DNA from: Perkinsela sp. CCAP 1560/9
Lineage: Eukaryota > Protista > Euglenozoa: Kinetoplastea
DNA length: 64,000 bases
Assembly: GCA_965644495.1 (NCBI GenBank)
Contig: CBFFSA010000009.1
Location: 558,001 to 622,000, forward strand
Direction of reading: 5' to 3'
Positions 1 to 11,595 of the stretch are shown piece after piece. The first letter of the stretch is position 1. Each line of letters opens with the position of its first letter. Below the pieces are notes generated by a model. It saw nothing but the letters and a program-made list of their open reading frames with translations, was not told the origin of the DNA and made no database searches. Position numbers and translations under genes: made by a program.

Positions 1-344
1 GCAATGCATCTAGCGCTGCTTTCGGCACTCCAGCAAGGTCTTTTGGTGAAATAATGGTTACTATTTTTTTTCTGCGACGTAAAATATTTTTTTTCGGTGT
101 AAATATTTTGGTTTTATTGGTTTCTTATGCTTTCAGATATTGCCTCACATATTTTACAGAAATATTAAATTATCGTGCAAGTTGCTTCTTTGGGACACCG
201 TCCTCGAACCTCAGGCGCAATAATGTCTTACCTATAGGGGTCATCCCCCCTTTGGGGGACGGTACTTGGATTTTACCATGAAAGTTTAGAAAAAAAATAT
301 TTCTGAAACTGATTTTTTTACAAGTTTTAAATGAAGCTAAAAAC

Positions 345-454
345 CCCGGGAACGTGCAGATCTCAAAATTGTGGACGACAAAGTGGTGCTGCAACCCCCA
401 TGGGTCCCCGCACGCAAAAAATAAAGGGGGGTGCTTTATTCGTGTCGAGGGGTT
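345..454. mobile_element. Terminal fragment of the Tc1-like family seen at 8763-18064
   Basis: Colinear with 9588-9634 joined to 18004-18064 (GGGAACGT.CAGATCTCAAAATT...GTGGTGC...GGTGC.TT.TT...GAGGGGTT|TA); acts as the uninterrupted version of the LINE insertion site. Confidence 0.65.
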
Positions 455-643
455 TATAGGGGTGGGGTCATACCTTTCGAATGGGACAAAAGAACTACAA
501 GTGTAGCGCCCAAGGAACAGAGCGCGCAAGTTATCAGGCACACATAAAAATGTATCTGTAGGATCAGTGAACGGAAAGGAAATTAATAAAGGAAGATAAT
601 TGAAAAAAAGGTATAGTAGAGCCTTAGAAAGCAAAATGGAGAA

Positions 644-726
644 TTAAGGGACGGTTAATTACGGGACACTTTGTCCTGATGGGGGTGTCCCTTAATTAAC
701 CCGTCCCGTAATAAAGCCACGCACTG
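644..726. mobile_element. Probable Tc1/pogo-type transposon end
   Basis: Internal inverted TTA(A/C)GGGAC repeats ending in ...GCACTG|TA; partner end not found in window. Confidence 0.4.
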
Positions 727-801
727 TAAAAAGAACAATATTAGATATTGTTGTACACAAGAATCAGTCCTGTTTTTTGTGTTTTGGAGATCAAGATCGT
801 A

Positions 802-834
802 TCAGAAGACCGTCGTACACATAGAATCATCATT
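802..834 (+). repeat. 33-bp perfect direct repeat, copy 1
   Basis: TCAGAAGACCGTCGTACACATAGAATCATCATT, identical at 2528-2560. Confidence 0.95.
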
Positions 835-835
835 T

Positions 836-1195
836 TTCGGACCCAAAGAGGCCTTTTTGTGTCGAAAGAATGGTGTGCTTGGAGTCGTATTCTTTACCCA
901 ATATGTTAGGTAGGCTTTGCTTCACCCCTACTAGTGATTTCCCACATCCAAATGTCGGATTTAGTGCTCTGAGAGCAAAAAAACCCGAAAATGTCCCTAT
1001 TTTTACCTGAAAATCGGCTATTTTTGGCTACAATCTTTCCGTTTTCTTCAGCTTTCCCGGCCAATCTTTCCGTTTTCTTCAGCTTTCCTTTTAGGCTCTT
1101 CGCTAAACACGGTGGCAGTTTTCAACGCGAAGCGCGCGGCATGAATGACTTCTAAGTTGAAAACAACTACCGCGTTTAACGAAGAGACTAAAAAA
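836..1195. repeat. Dispersed repeat ending in ~100-bp palindrome
   Basis: Homologous to 59820-60150 and, inverted, to 43424-43760 and 54804-55150. Confidence 0.85.
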
Positions 1196-1197
1196 CT

Positions 1198-1399
1198 TAT
1201 TACTAATAAGACTGGACAAATTTAGCTCGACTTTCTGTATTACAATCCGAGCGTCAAGGCATTGAAAAATTTCAACGAAACAGTACGATTCCAGTGCAAA
1301 TCATTGACAAAAAAAATAAAGGTAGATAATGGTAGGGAAAAATAAATATACTTACTTTAAAGTACCTATAATATAGTTTTATAGTTATTCGGACCCCTG
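1198..1399. mobile_element. Right end of hAT-like non-autonomous element
   Basis: Matches 43245-43415 plus 44336-44360; ends in GTTATTCGGACCCCTG. Confidence 0.7.
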
Positions 1400-1712
1400 C
1401 TAATTTTTTTAAGATACTTTTCGACTGCATTTCATCAAAATTTCATTTTACTAAAAGTAACTGGAACGTGTACATCTCAAAATTCTGAAAATGATAAGAG
1501 GGTGTATAAAATTGCTAAACTCCTGAATATCTAGGAGTGATCTTTTTCGGGGCACTGCATTTTTAATTTGAGCCGCACCCGACCGCACCCGGACGCGCCC
1601 GACCGCACCGAACCCGATTCACCCCTCTAATAGAAGATGTAGTACTGTACGAAAATCCATGTTTCGCCTGATGTGCGTCTCCGAACGCACCCCATACTTA
1701 ATCAAAAAAACC

Positions 1713-2351
1713 CTACATCCACATCACATTACGCCTCAAAATACCATTGCATGTTTTGATCTCAGTATCAGTGAAATCGTAAGTTCTATGAGAATTCATG
1801 CCAAAGTTGCTGGGCAAAACATAGGAACCTCTAAGCTTTGAATTTCCGCTGAGGTATAAATCTTTTAAAGAATTTGGCAGCGAATCAAAATCGACCCATC
1901 CCTCGAATTGATTATTGGACAACGAAACGGATTTCAGCAAAGGCAAACTCTTAAAGCACGGATTCCCACTGAACCGGTTATTCTGTAAAGATAGACATAC
2001 CAGTGTTGAAGGCAAAGATTTGAAAGGTACTTCGCCTGTAAGTTTATTCTTTCGAAGAATGAGCCAGATCAGTTGATTTGGCAAATACTGCCAATCCAGA
2101 GAACCACGAAGACCATACGAACGCCAGTCAATAACTTGAATGATCCCTGCAGCATTGCAGTTTATTCCACTCCATTTACACGCAGGAGTAGTGGTAGTCC
2201 AAGTGGAGTGACTATTTTCAACGTCTTTCAGAAGTCGCACTAAATCGTATTCTTGTGGTACGGACACTCCACTTACCTTTTTAGGCTTTAAGTGCGACGT
2301 ACCTTCGTAATCCATTGATAGAACTGGTGGAGATAAAACTTTCGATAACAT
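1713..2351 (-). CDS. Short leucine-rich repeat protein (LRRNT cap + LPxxLxxLxLxxNxxxG repeats)
   Basis: WTTTTPACKWSGINC cap; repeats such as LPNQLIWLILRKNKLTG and LPSTLVCLSLQNNRFSG. Confidence 0.9.
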   Translation of the reverse strand: MLSKVLSPPVLSMDYEGTSHLKPKKVSGVSVPQEYDLVRLLKDVENSHSTWTTTTPACKWSGINCNAAGIIQVIDWRSYGLRGSLDWQYLPNQLIWLILRKNKLTGEVPFKSLPSTLVCLSLQNNRFSGNPCFKSLPLLKSVSLSNNQFEGWVDFDSLPNSLKDLYLSGNSKLRGSYVLPSNFGMNSHRTYDFTDTEIKTCNGILRRNVMWM

Positions 2352-2527
2352 CTATCAAACTAGAGATATAAAAGTTGAGGGTTTCTAAACCTTAAGGTCT
2401 GCACCTCAAGTTGTGGTCTTCCTTTATTTCTTTTTGATTGCCTTGTCATCAAAAGCCTTATCATCAAGCCTTATTATCAAAATTAACTTCAGTTCACTTT
2501 TGTAGTGTTTATGAAGTCATGTTCGCG

Positions 2528-2560
2528 TCAGAAGACCGTCGTACACATAGAATCATCATT
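2528..2560 (+). repeat. 33-bp perfect direct repeat, copy 2
   Basis: Identical to 802-834. Confidence 0.95.
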
Positions 2561-2642
2561 AAGAATCAATAGTATCACCCCTCCTTTACACTTGATCCGG
2601 GTTTGGGTAGCGGAGAACTTTTGGAACTGACTTTTGGAAGTA

Positions 2643-2998
2643 CTGTACCCCCCTAGTTATCTGTCACTACTTTTCGGGAAAAGATGAACAATAAGTAGGG
2701 GGGATAATGGTGAGACAGATAACTAGGGGGGTCAGTGTGCGACAGATAGCTAGGGGGGTCTGTCACCAAAAAATATAAAGAACAAAGAGCTACAAAAAGA
2801 ATTACTCCCAAAAAGGTTTGTCCAGCCCACAGAAGATTCCTATCTACCCAGTATTTCTTTCTTTTCTTCCTATGCACTTTTCAAACTATTAACTTTCAAA
2901 CTGAAAAGAAGGGAAGTAAAAGTTTCGCTTTTCTGAAAGTGATGAAAAAAGTGACAGTTAACTAGCGGGAGGATGACGTGTGACAGATAACTAGGGGG
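2643..2998. mobile_element. Degenerate pogo/Tc1-type MITE relic
   Basis: TA|CTGTACCCCCCTAGTTATCTGTC start with several inverted GACAGATAACTAGGGG sub-repeats. Confidence 0.5.
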
Positions 2999-3538
2999 AA
3001 AGCTCCTCGGAAAGCGTTTTAAAACGCTTATTAGGGTTGCTTCCCGCGGCCCCGACATGTGGATACCCCCTACTGAGTAGGTGGGTAGTAATCCCTATGC
3101 GGCTCCTGTAGGTCTCCCGAGCCAAACCTGTTTCACTAGGGGCCAGACCAAATAGGGTCTAACCTCTATCGCTGGGGGTCTATTACATTATTGTACTGGG
3201 GGGGTCTACGGTAGAACCTTACCGTAGCAGGAGGATCTATTTAGTAATCCAACATTCGAGGCGTTTCTGCATTTGAAATACTATCTGCAAATTATGTACA
3301 TTGTACACGTTTACTATAGTATAAATTGTTTTCGATTATAGATTTCCTGAAAATGTAAAAAAATGACAAAAAAATGCTGTTCATAATTATAATAACTTTT
3401 CATGTAAGCCCTTTATCTTTCTTCTAAGAACAAAGAACAACACAATCTATTTCTGAAAGTCAATACACGATTAAACCGTGCCATCTTGAATCGCGAAACA
3501 TCGACCTCAACGGAACCGTCTACACTGGTCCCTCTCTC

Positions 3539-4990
3539 TCACACCGCACTCTCACGGACCTCCTTCGACGGGCTTTCTGTTCGTTTCTCCTGTTTTTCTT
3601 TATTTTTGTTTTCCACGGTGCGCTCCCATAGAAAATACAGCAGCGCGCACATGGAGAAACACACCAGGGCGCCCACCATGCAGCCTAAATGCAGCCCGTA
3701 GTCGCGGCCCTCCACCGCGGCGTGACCTTTTGCACTGGAAAACCCAAACCAGGCCCGGGCAACGGAGTGCACCAAATTCGTCAGCGGCCCACACACCAGC
3801 CCGAGCAGCGTAATGAACGGGACGGAGCGGTAGCTTAAATACGCAATGGTGACTAAATTTAGCCAGAGACCGAAAATGTAAAGCACACAGGGGAGCAGGC
3901 CGGAGCCCTGGAATGCACTCTCGGTGCTGAGCTCCACAGGGGACGAGTAGCACAGCCGACGGAGGTTGTCCGCGACACCGTGAAAGGTGGCGCTGAACGA
4001 GGGGCTGTGACCCAGGACGTGTTCCCGATCCAGCAGGGCGTAGAGCACCATGAAGGCGAGCTGGAAGGTGGTGTTGCCGACGAGTACCGTGAGTCGGGCT
4101 TGCAGAGGGTGTAGCGAGGAGGTCGCGTGGGTGGCCTGGTGCTGCTCCTCGCGCGCGACGCGGTCAAAGAAACGCTCCCCTTGGACGGGTTTTACGGAGA
4201 CAACGGGGGGATAGGCTCGGACAGATTGTAGCACCCAACCCGTGAGTAGGTTGTAGGTAATCATGCAGCAACTTGAGAGGAGAAACCAGAACACAGGCAC
4301 GGCACGGGGTCCTATGATCACGACGAAATGAAGCGGGGCAAGCGTAAGAACCACACCCACAGCTACGAAAATAATCGCGAGAAGAGGGTATAGATTTATT
4401 GGGCTCAAAAGCCAGTACCATACAGTCTGGCATCGTGAACGACACGCCACTTTGTGCTCCCGGTCGTAAGATTCTGATGGAGAAGATACTTGAATGGATA
4501 GAGGCTTGGTTTCTTTTTCTTGTTTGTCGTCGGTCAGTTTTGGTTTATGATGTGCCAGAGCTACAATACGCCGTGCTATAAAAAATGACGGAATCATCAA
4601 AGAAAATCCTAGAACGTTTTGAGCGGAAATAGGTATCCGTGCTAAAGGGTAGGTATAAAAAATTCCGGCCAATCCGTTGAAGGCACCAATAGCTGCCACG
4701 GCTAGGAGCCGCAACCCATGGTATGGGTCTTGCAGAAATATTGAGAAGCACGGTGCGAGAAAATTTCGCCGTCCGACACACGCTGCGGTCACTAAGAAAA
4801 TAACCCAAAAAAGGAAAGCATTGACTAAACTTGGAATAAAAACGGTTGAGTACTCAGGAGATCCCATGTTATGGTCGTACAGTACCCGCAGCCATCGGTT
4901 GAGCGATAAAATCATGAGTGGTACGGATGAGACATTCAGTACACTGACAACAGCGATCGTCGCGTTATCAACGCAACGATGAAACTTCAT
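3539..4990 (-). CDS. Multi-pass membrane transporter, CRT-like (DMT superfamily)
   Basis: About 10 hydrophobic segments; IGAFNGLAGIFYTYPLARIPISAQNVLG and TTFQLAF segments resemble CRT-like proteins. Confidence 0.6.
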   Translation of the reverse strand: MKFHRCVDNATIAVVSVLNVSSVPLMILSLNRWLRVLYDHNMGSPEYSTVFIPSLVNAFLFWVIFLVTAACVGRRNFLAPCFSIFLQDPYHGLRLLAVAAIGAFNGLAGIFYTYPLARIPISAQNVLGFSLMIPSFFIARRIVALAHHKPKLTDDKQEKETKPLSIQVSSPSESYDREHKVACRSRCQTVWYWLLSPINLYPLLAIIFVAVGVVLTLAPLHFVVIIGPRAVPVFWFLLSSCCMITYNLLTGWVLQSVRAYPPVVSVKPVQGERFFDRVAREEQHQATHATSSLHPLQARLTVLVGNTTFQLAFMVLYALLDREHVLGHSPSFSATFHGVADNLRRLCYSSPVELSTESAFQGSGLLPCVLYIFGLWLNLVTIAYLSYRSVPFITLLGLVCGPLTNLVHSVARAWFGFSSAKGHAAVEGRDYGLHLGCMVGALVCFSMCALLYFLWERTVENKNKEKQEKRTESPSKEVRESAV

Positions 4991-5093
4991 AAACAAAGTT
5001 GCGCAGCAACCTTTTCGTAAATAACCTAATTCTGGTTTAAAAGTAAAATATCACGATGCTATATGTTGTATTATATACGCCACTCTTCTCATA

Positions 5094-6161
5094 CAGGGGG
5101 TGACACGAAAATATGAGGGGGGTCAAAATTTTTATAACTTGTCCAATTTGGAAAGTAGCACCGCATTCGAGAGCTCTCGCAGAGATACGTGTCACCTGAT
5201 ATTGCGTTTCCCGTATCCAGGGGGGTAGGTCCCTATGCCAAAGGGGCTGAAAACAGGAATTGCAAGTTTCGAATTTTGAAAAATACTGTACCCCCCCGGT
5301 TTATAATAGCCTCGCTTTTGCCCAAATGAACCTATAAAGGGGGGAGGGCGATTGAAGATTAAGAGTTGGCACAGAAATCGCCCTACATTTGGGAGCGAGG
5401 AACCAGGAACTATTCAATCGCTAAGTGGGCCCCGGCGCTCTTCCAAAGTAAAATGTCCAGCACGAACACGCACCATACCTCGAAGAACTATATGAAAATA
5501 AATATCAAAATATTTAAGACAGTGCAAGAAAATTAAAAAAAATCTTCCCCAGTTTGCCAAAAAAAGAACCTATAAAGGGGGGGAGGGGTCGAGGCTATTA
5601 TAAACAGGGGGGGGTACAGTATGTCATTTAATATCCACAATGATCTCCATTTTTTTGTAATGTAATCTTAATATGAGGTGGAACAGTTTTTGAAGTGTGT
5701 AAAAATGTTTTGTTCTGTTCTCCTTTCAACAATTCAATCCCAGATGCGATCGTCGATCGCAATTCTGACCGATTTGTGGGGCATAATGAGCTTTTGTGGG
5801 CATAAATTATTTTTGACCCAGTTTCTTCATACTTCTTTACTAAAAGTATGCGGTGGGTGACTATAAGCTGTACACGAGGACTGTAACAATGACGATCACG
5901 GTGCTGTACACCCTTGTATTGGAATAAGCCCTTTTATGTGGCATAACGCGGCGGAAAGGTCAAAAAATAGAGGGAAAATACATAAAATATTGACGTATAT
6001 TTTAATGTATTTTTTTGTCCAAAATTAAAAAAATTAAAAACACGGGAAACGCAATAGCAGGTGAACGTATCTCTGCGAGAGCTCTCGAATGCGGTGCTAC
6101 TTTCCAAAATTGGACAAGTTGTAAAAATTTTGACCCCCCCATATTTCCGTGCCACCCCCTG
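5094..6161. mobile_element. Non-autonomous Tc1/mariner element
   Basis: ~120-bp TIRs (CAGGGGGTG.CACG.AAATATG...GCATTCGAGAGCTCTCGCAGAGATACG); TA TSD at 5092-5093 and 6162-6163. Confidence 0.9.
5286..5619. mobile_element. Nested pogo-type MITE
   Basis: TIR CTGTACCCCCCC..GTTTATAATAGCCTCG; TA TSD at 5284-5285 and 5620-5621. Confidence 0.85.
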
Positions 6162-6303
6162 TACATAGATCATACTTTACAGAGATCATACTTTACAGAG
6201 ATCGTACATTTGTCTTATTCGGTTCAAAAATAGGGCTAATACAAGGTAGAATCAGTACCGAAATGTGCCTTCAGGTTGTAAACCTTATGTTCTTCTTTGT
6301 GTG

Positions 6304-8004
6304 CTATCGTGGCCCCCGCGGTTTGGGTGTACGGAGAATTTCATCTGTAAGCCTCTCACCTCGGCGTCTGGTCAGCTTCCAGTAGGCCCCTTGATGGGAT
6401 TTGTCGCGGAGAAACGGCAATTGGCTCTCCATCGTGGTATACGCCTCATGTGGAGTCATGTTAGATGTGCTTACGGCACCGTAGAGATTATCCAGCTGCT
6501 GATCCACCAGACTTGGAGCTTCCTCCACGACGATCTCTTCTTCGGCCGCTTCCGTATCAGCATTCCCAGAAATTCTGTTTGTGTCTTCGTTTGGACTACC
6601 TGACACCGACGAGTCTCCTGCTAGAGTCCGCTCTTTGCTAAGTTGTTTTGGATTGCGGTTCCCCGTTTCCGTTTCTAACCACCGACCCTGCATCTTTGTG
6701 CCGCGATCGCTGGCATCCTCTTCTTGAAGCTTCTCTATTATCTCCCCTTGCTGACCCTGTACCCACAGTTTGTCCCGTTCTTGTCGCTCTGTCCGCTCCT
6801 GACACGCCGTGGCCTCACAGTCGGAGCGGTAACTCTCCGCGGCCTGCGCGCGACTGAACGCTATGGGACCCAAGTGACGTAGGGCGAAAGTCAAGGAGGC
6901 ATCTTGTCCCACGAGATTTTCCTCCGAGGCTATAGTCGTAACCGGAAAAACAGGCAGCTCCCCGGAAAATCGTTTCCGGAGTTCCTCACACACCACAGCC
7001 GTGTCTCTGCCGTGGTTATCATAGGCGAGATCCGCTTTGGTGGCCCAAATCGCCACGGCTCGGGTAGACAATCCGGAGTCGTAGTACTCCATCTCCCTTC
7101 GCAGCACCTCCACTACTTCCCAGGGTTCCAAGTATCGACCCTGGAGCTCACTGTGGTAGACGTTGGCGAGATCCACTATGTAAACAAGCGTGTTTGCGCG
7201 TTCCGCGTGCCGCAGCAATCCCGAGCCGAGGCCTTTCCCCGCATATGCCCCCTCGGTAAGTGCGGGTAAATCCGCCACCCGGATACTTGCCCCACCATAG
7301 GCTTTATGCAGATACCCCACATACACTTCCCGGGTCGTATAGGGGTACGGCGCCACCCTCGGTCGCGCCGTCGTCAACGCCCCCAGCAACGCACTCTTCC
7401 CCACATTCGGCAGCCCCACCAACGCGACCTCACACGCCGTACGCAGCTCCAGCTGCACCAGCATACTCTGCCCCGGGAGTCCCTGGGTACACTCCCGGGG
7501 GGCCTGGTTCCGGCTGTGGGCGAACCGCACGTTCCCCTTCCCCCCTCGCCCCCCCTCCAGCAGCAGCACCCCCCCCTCCTGGGTGAGATCAAACAGGGTG
7601 TGGTTGCCGTCGAGGTCCCGCACGGTCGTCCCCAGGGGGACTTCCAACACGAGATCGGCCCCGTTCCCCCCACACAGGGTCTTCGCCGCCCCCGCGTTGC
7701 CGGGGCTCGCGTGCAGGGCGTACCCCATGCCGTCGATGTGCGCGAGATCCGGCCTGCGGGGGGTGGCCGCGAGGTAGACGTCCCCGCCGGCGCCCCCGTC
7801 CCCGCCCCCCGGCCCCCCGAGGTTGTCGTTGCAGGCGTGGAGGAAGGCACTGCGGCCGTCCCCGCCGCGGCCGCTGGTGACCAGCGCCTTCACGGTGTCG
7901 ACGAAGGGGGCGTGGCGGGTGTAGGTGCGGGGGGGGAGGGGGGAGGTGAGGGCGGTGTGGAGGACGGAGGCCATGCGGCTGAGGAGGAGGGGGGTGGGGG
8001 GCAT
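6304..8004 (-). CDS. Obg/CgtA-family GTPase, probably mitochondrial (MTG2-like)
   Basis: FVD...SGRGGDG and GGPGGGDGGAGGDV Obg fold; G1 GLPNVGKS, G2 YPYTT, G3 DLP, G4 TKAD. Confidence 0.93.
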   Translation of the reverse strand: MPPTPLLLSRMASVLHTALTSPLPPRTYTRHAPFVDTVKALVTSGRGGDGRSAFLHACNDNLGGPGGGDGGAGGDVYLAATPRRPDLAHIDGMGYALHASPGNAGAAKTLCGGNGADLVLEVPLGTTVRDLDGNHTLFDLTQEGGVLLLEGGRGGKGNVRFAHSRNQAPRECTQGLPGQSMLVQLELRTACEVALVGLPNVGKSALLGALTTARPRVAPYPYTTREVYVGYLHKAYGGASIRVADLPALTEGAYAGKGLGSGLLRHAERANTLVYIVDLANVYHSELQGRYLEPWEVVEVLRREMEYYDSGLSTRAVAIWATKADLAYDNHGRDTAVVCEELRKRFSGELPVFPVTTIASEENLVGQDASLTFALRHLGPIAFSRAQAAESYRSDCEATACQERTERQERDKLWVQGQQGEIIEKLQEEDASDRGTKMQGRWLETETGNRNPKQLSKERTLAGDSSVSGSPNEDTNRISGNADTEAAEEEIVVEEAPSLVDQQLDNLYGAVSTSNMTPHEAYTTMESQLPFLRDKSHQGAYWKLTRRRGERLTDEILRTPKPRGPR

Positions 8005-8915
8005 GGGGGGAGGGGGGAGGGGGGTGGGGGGTAGTGGGAGTAGGGGTTAGATGGATGGATGGATTTAAACCAAATCGGCTTGTGTCATCCGATTACGCTT
8101 TCTCTAAGGAGGGTAATCTTAGATGAGGTGAATGGAAGGGGGGTGGGGGAGAGGAGGGGGAAGGGGAAGGGGGAAGGGGAGGAGGGGTGGATAGGGTGGT
8201 CATGGTGGAGGGGTTAGAGCGTAGGGAATGTAGCAAAGAGAGGAAAGAAAGGTTTTATGGTGAAGTGACGAGTGGGAGAAATATGACCATTTCAAGGCTT
8301 TCGAAAAAGGTTGGTTTTGCAAATGGTGTGTATGAGCGATAAGGATACTAGGGGGGCTGTAGGTCTCGTTGAAACCTCGTGAAACCTCGACACCCGCAGC
8401 CCCTCACATATCGCCGTTGCCCATTGCGACACAAGCCAAACTCGTTAAAGGGGGGGTTCGTCTATTATTAACAATTTTTTTTGTTAATAATAAACGGTTT
8501 GTTACTAATAGATGAAATAATACCCACTTTTTCAATAATGGATGAATTTTTCATCTATTATTAACAATCAACCTTTTGGGCTTGTTTTAGGCCTGTTTTC
8601 TACCCTAACCCCCACGAATACACCAAGTTTACGAACAAAAAGCCCGCTGAAAGTTAAATTTGGCGATTTTTCCTTTAGGGAAGCTGCGAAAAATGAAGGA
8701 AATTAATTCTTGTTAATAATAGATGAATGTTAATACTAGATGAAATAATACCATTGTTAATAAACCCTCCGCACCAATAAGGCACCCGCCCTTAAGTTTT
8801 CAGCCAAATGTCCGTTTGGGTTGATTTTTGTTGCATTTTGCAGATCTCAACATAAAGACTTTGCGCGTGAAGAAATGAAACAAAAAGAAACGAATACGTA
8901 TATTTTAGAGAAAGA

Positions 8916-9290
8916 TTACCATTTTGTCACCTTTTCTCCGTTACTCGCCACACAAACTTTGAGGCGAGCATCTAAGCTCAAAACCCAATCATCAATATAA
9001 TCTTGAGACAATTTACGCCAAGCTTTACGTACGCTTTTTATGAGATCTTCTTTATTTGCCGGATTGTATTCATCTACAAGACTTTGTACCATGCTCCACA
9101 CGTTTTCTATTGGTGAGAGATCGGGGGAGTTGGGCGGCCAATTTTTCAATAATTTCATGCTGCCGTCATCAAGGTACGCTTTTGTTTCCTTCGCAGTGTG
9201 AGGTGTTGCCCCATCTTTCTGAAAAATACCATTTGGGGTGAATGGTACTTTTTTTAATGTTTTAATGTACGAAACACATGTAATTGAGTT
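8916..9290 (-). pseudogene. Tc1 transposase C-terminal fragment
   Basis: FQKDGATPH...WPPNSPDLSPIENVW motif. Confidence 0.9.
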
Positions 9291-9635
9291 GGATGGAAGA
9301 ATAACAAAGTGTCTTTGGATTCTTTTTTTACTTCAGGGCTCAGAGTGTAAAGAATTTCAGGCGAATTGTTTTTCAAATATTTTCCAATATGTTTCACATT
9401 GACATTAAACCCGCGGGCTAGTTACCTTATCGCAACCCCGTGGCCAAGCCTCATGCGCCATAACACTTTTCCACTTTCTGTAAGACCACCCCTGGGGAGT
9501 CGATACGTATTTGTTGGCATGAAAAGTGATTTTTTTTAAAAAATACATTCAACTTTTTTATATTTTTCGAAATGACCTAAAGACAACGGGAACGTACAGA
9601 TCTCAAAATTTTGCACGATAAAGTGGTGCGATAAC

Positions 9636-9652
9636 GTTTCTGTACCTTGTTG
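9636..9652 (+). other. Spliced-leader exon 3' relic
   Basis: GTTTCTGTACCTTGTTG, identical to 18615-18631; resembles the kinetoplastid SL 3' half GTTTCTGTAC....TTG; followed by a 34-nt UTR and ATG, with no GT donor. Confidence 0.8.
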
Positions 9653-9686
9653 ACTTTTTTTTCTTTTCCCTACCCTTTACAACGAC

Positions 9687-11595
9687 ATGTTTTGCTTACT
9701 ACTAGGGAAGGGCACACACCAGGCGTCGCAGGACTCTCCTAAGAGACCACGCGACGTGTCTAACCAAAACAAAAACCTGTCCCTGAAAGGCACTCTCACA
9801 GACAGGGTTGCAAAATCTGCTACCCGAACCGTCCAGGCTCTCATATCCCAAAAGAGCAATGAGTCCCTTACCAGCGACACAGGAGAAGTACCCCCAGCTC
9901 CATGCAAACATCCTTGTAAGGACAAAAGCACCTGCGGACACCCCTGTTGCAAGCGGGGTGTAACGCGGCCACATATCCTGGTCACTCCTCACACAAACGA
10001 ACTTCCCCCTCACCCCGTCCCCCCAACCACACAACAAACGGTTCCGGAATGCAAACACCGCTGCAAGGACAAAGCTCACTGTGAACACCCATGCTGCAAA
10101 CGACACCTGGTACGCGTAGCAAAACCGGATACGTACAACAATAAGTGATGTGACGCACCGGTGGATGCAAGAGAAGACGTAAAGGTGATCACGGCTGTGA
10201 GTGTAATGCCGGTACAACGTAGCACACCCTGTAAGCATGTCTGTAAAAACAAACAGACCTGCGGGCACCCATGTTGCAAACGTAATCTAACGGCACTCCC
10301 TCAACCCCGGCGGTAACCGTACGACCTCACAGCAGCACCGGACAGGAACGCTTGTCGTACACAATAGCACCCTGTCCAAAAGACGAACACGATTTACATG
10401 TACCCCCACCCAAGGAGGTTACTCCCCATCAAAAATCACCCACTGTTACCGTCGGTGGTGCCGTCGCATCAACTGCCTGCTCGCTTGCCAAATTCCTACT
10501 TTTCAACGGCGTTCCATATCAAACTCCGGAAATTAATAAAACTCCGGACTCCCAAAGCCTCCCCAAACCTAAATCTCCAACACAACTTCAGGTCCACGCC
10601 TTAACTAGAGTATGCAAGCATATCTGCAAGAGTAAAGATCAATATAAGCACGTGTGCTGCAAGCAAGGCCTAGGCCCCGCTTCCGAACAAGCAGACCGTG
10701 TCGAGCCCTGTAAACATAAATGTAAGAACAAAGCAGGGTGCGGCCATCCTTGCTGCAAACGCACTGGCACACCGTTGACTTCGCTTGACACACCGATAAG
10801 CAAACTGGATGGGCAGAATACTCTACCCACCGGCCCATGTACCCTTCCCAAGAATTTCGTCACACCGTCCCTAAACACAACCACTACGACAGCTGACCGT
10901 GCCGTTGCCAGGGAACCAGCCATCCCGACTCCCAAAAACAAGGCACCGGAAAGTATCATTCTCTTGGACTCATCTTCCACAGCACACCAACACAGTCCGC
11001 GGAATGAGAATGGCGATGACGAAGTCCCATCCTGGGTTTTCCAACAAGCGCACAGCGTAGGGCGAATACAAAGCCCGCCGCTTGAACAAGGAAGCCTCTT
11101 ACCCCCATCACAACTGGACACCCATTTACATTCGGATGAATCCGAGGGTACCAAGATTCCCACACAAACTCCCGACAGCCCGTCACAGTATCTCCCGCCG
11201 CCCCAGGACCCCACGCATCCCGTAACCCATAACCGACACAAGCAACGTTTCCACTTTATCCAGTCCCGGTCAAAACCTGTCAAACTCCACCTCGTCAACG
11301 ACAACACATGGAGATATTTCCCGGATGTGCATGCAGCTTGCGTAAGCCAACTTGTGCGTAGTCGTATCCCTTCCCCCCAGGGGGCTGAAGCCGCCCTGTC
11401 CAAAGCGCTCAATGGGAAAAGTGCAGCACACGACATCGTCGTAGAAACGTGTACCGTAGACGAACTTATGGAAAAGAGAGCGTGTGACTTTTTAGAAGTT
11501 AGTAGAGTAGACTCAACAAGTCACATTTCTCGCCACGCGAACTGGGTATCTCTTTTTCACGACAGCCGCCTGGAATTATACAACCACTACGCATC
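9687..11595 (+). pseudogene. LINE ORF N-terminal part with five CxHxCKxKxxCxHxCCK motifs
   Basis: In-frame TGA at 10146 and a stop/frameshift near 10314-10352; joins 14582 in frame (NHYAS|PSSMGK). Confidence 0.8.

Noticed and set aside
10146-10148. Stop-codon reassignment suggested by an in-frame TGA
   Set aside because: It occurs in a decayed element; long host genes are open in the standard code and end at TAA, TAG or TGA.
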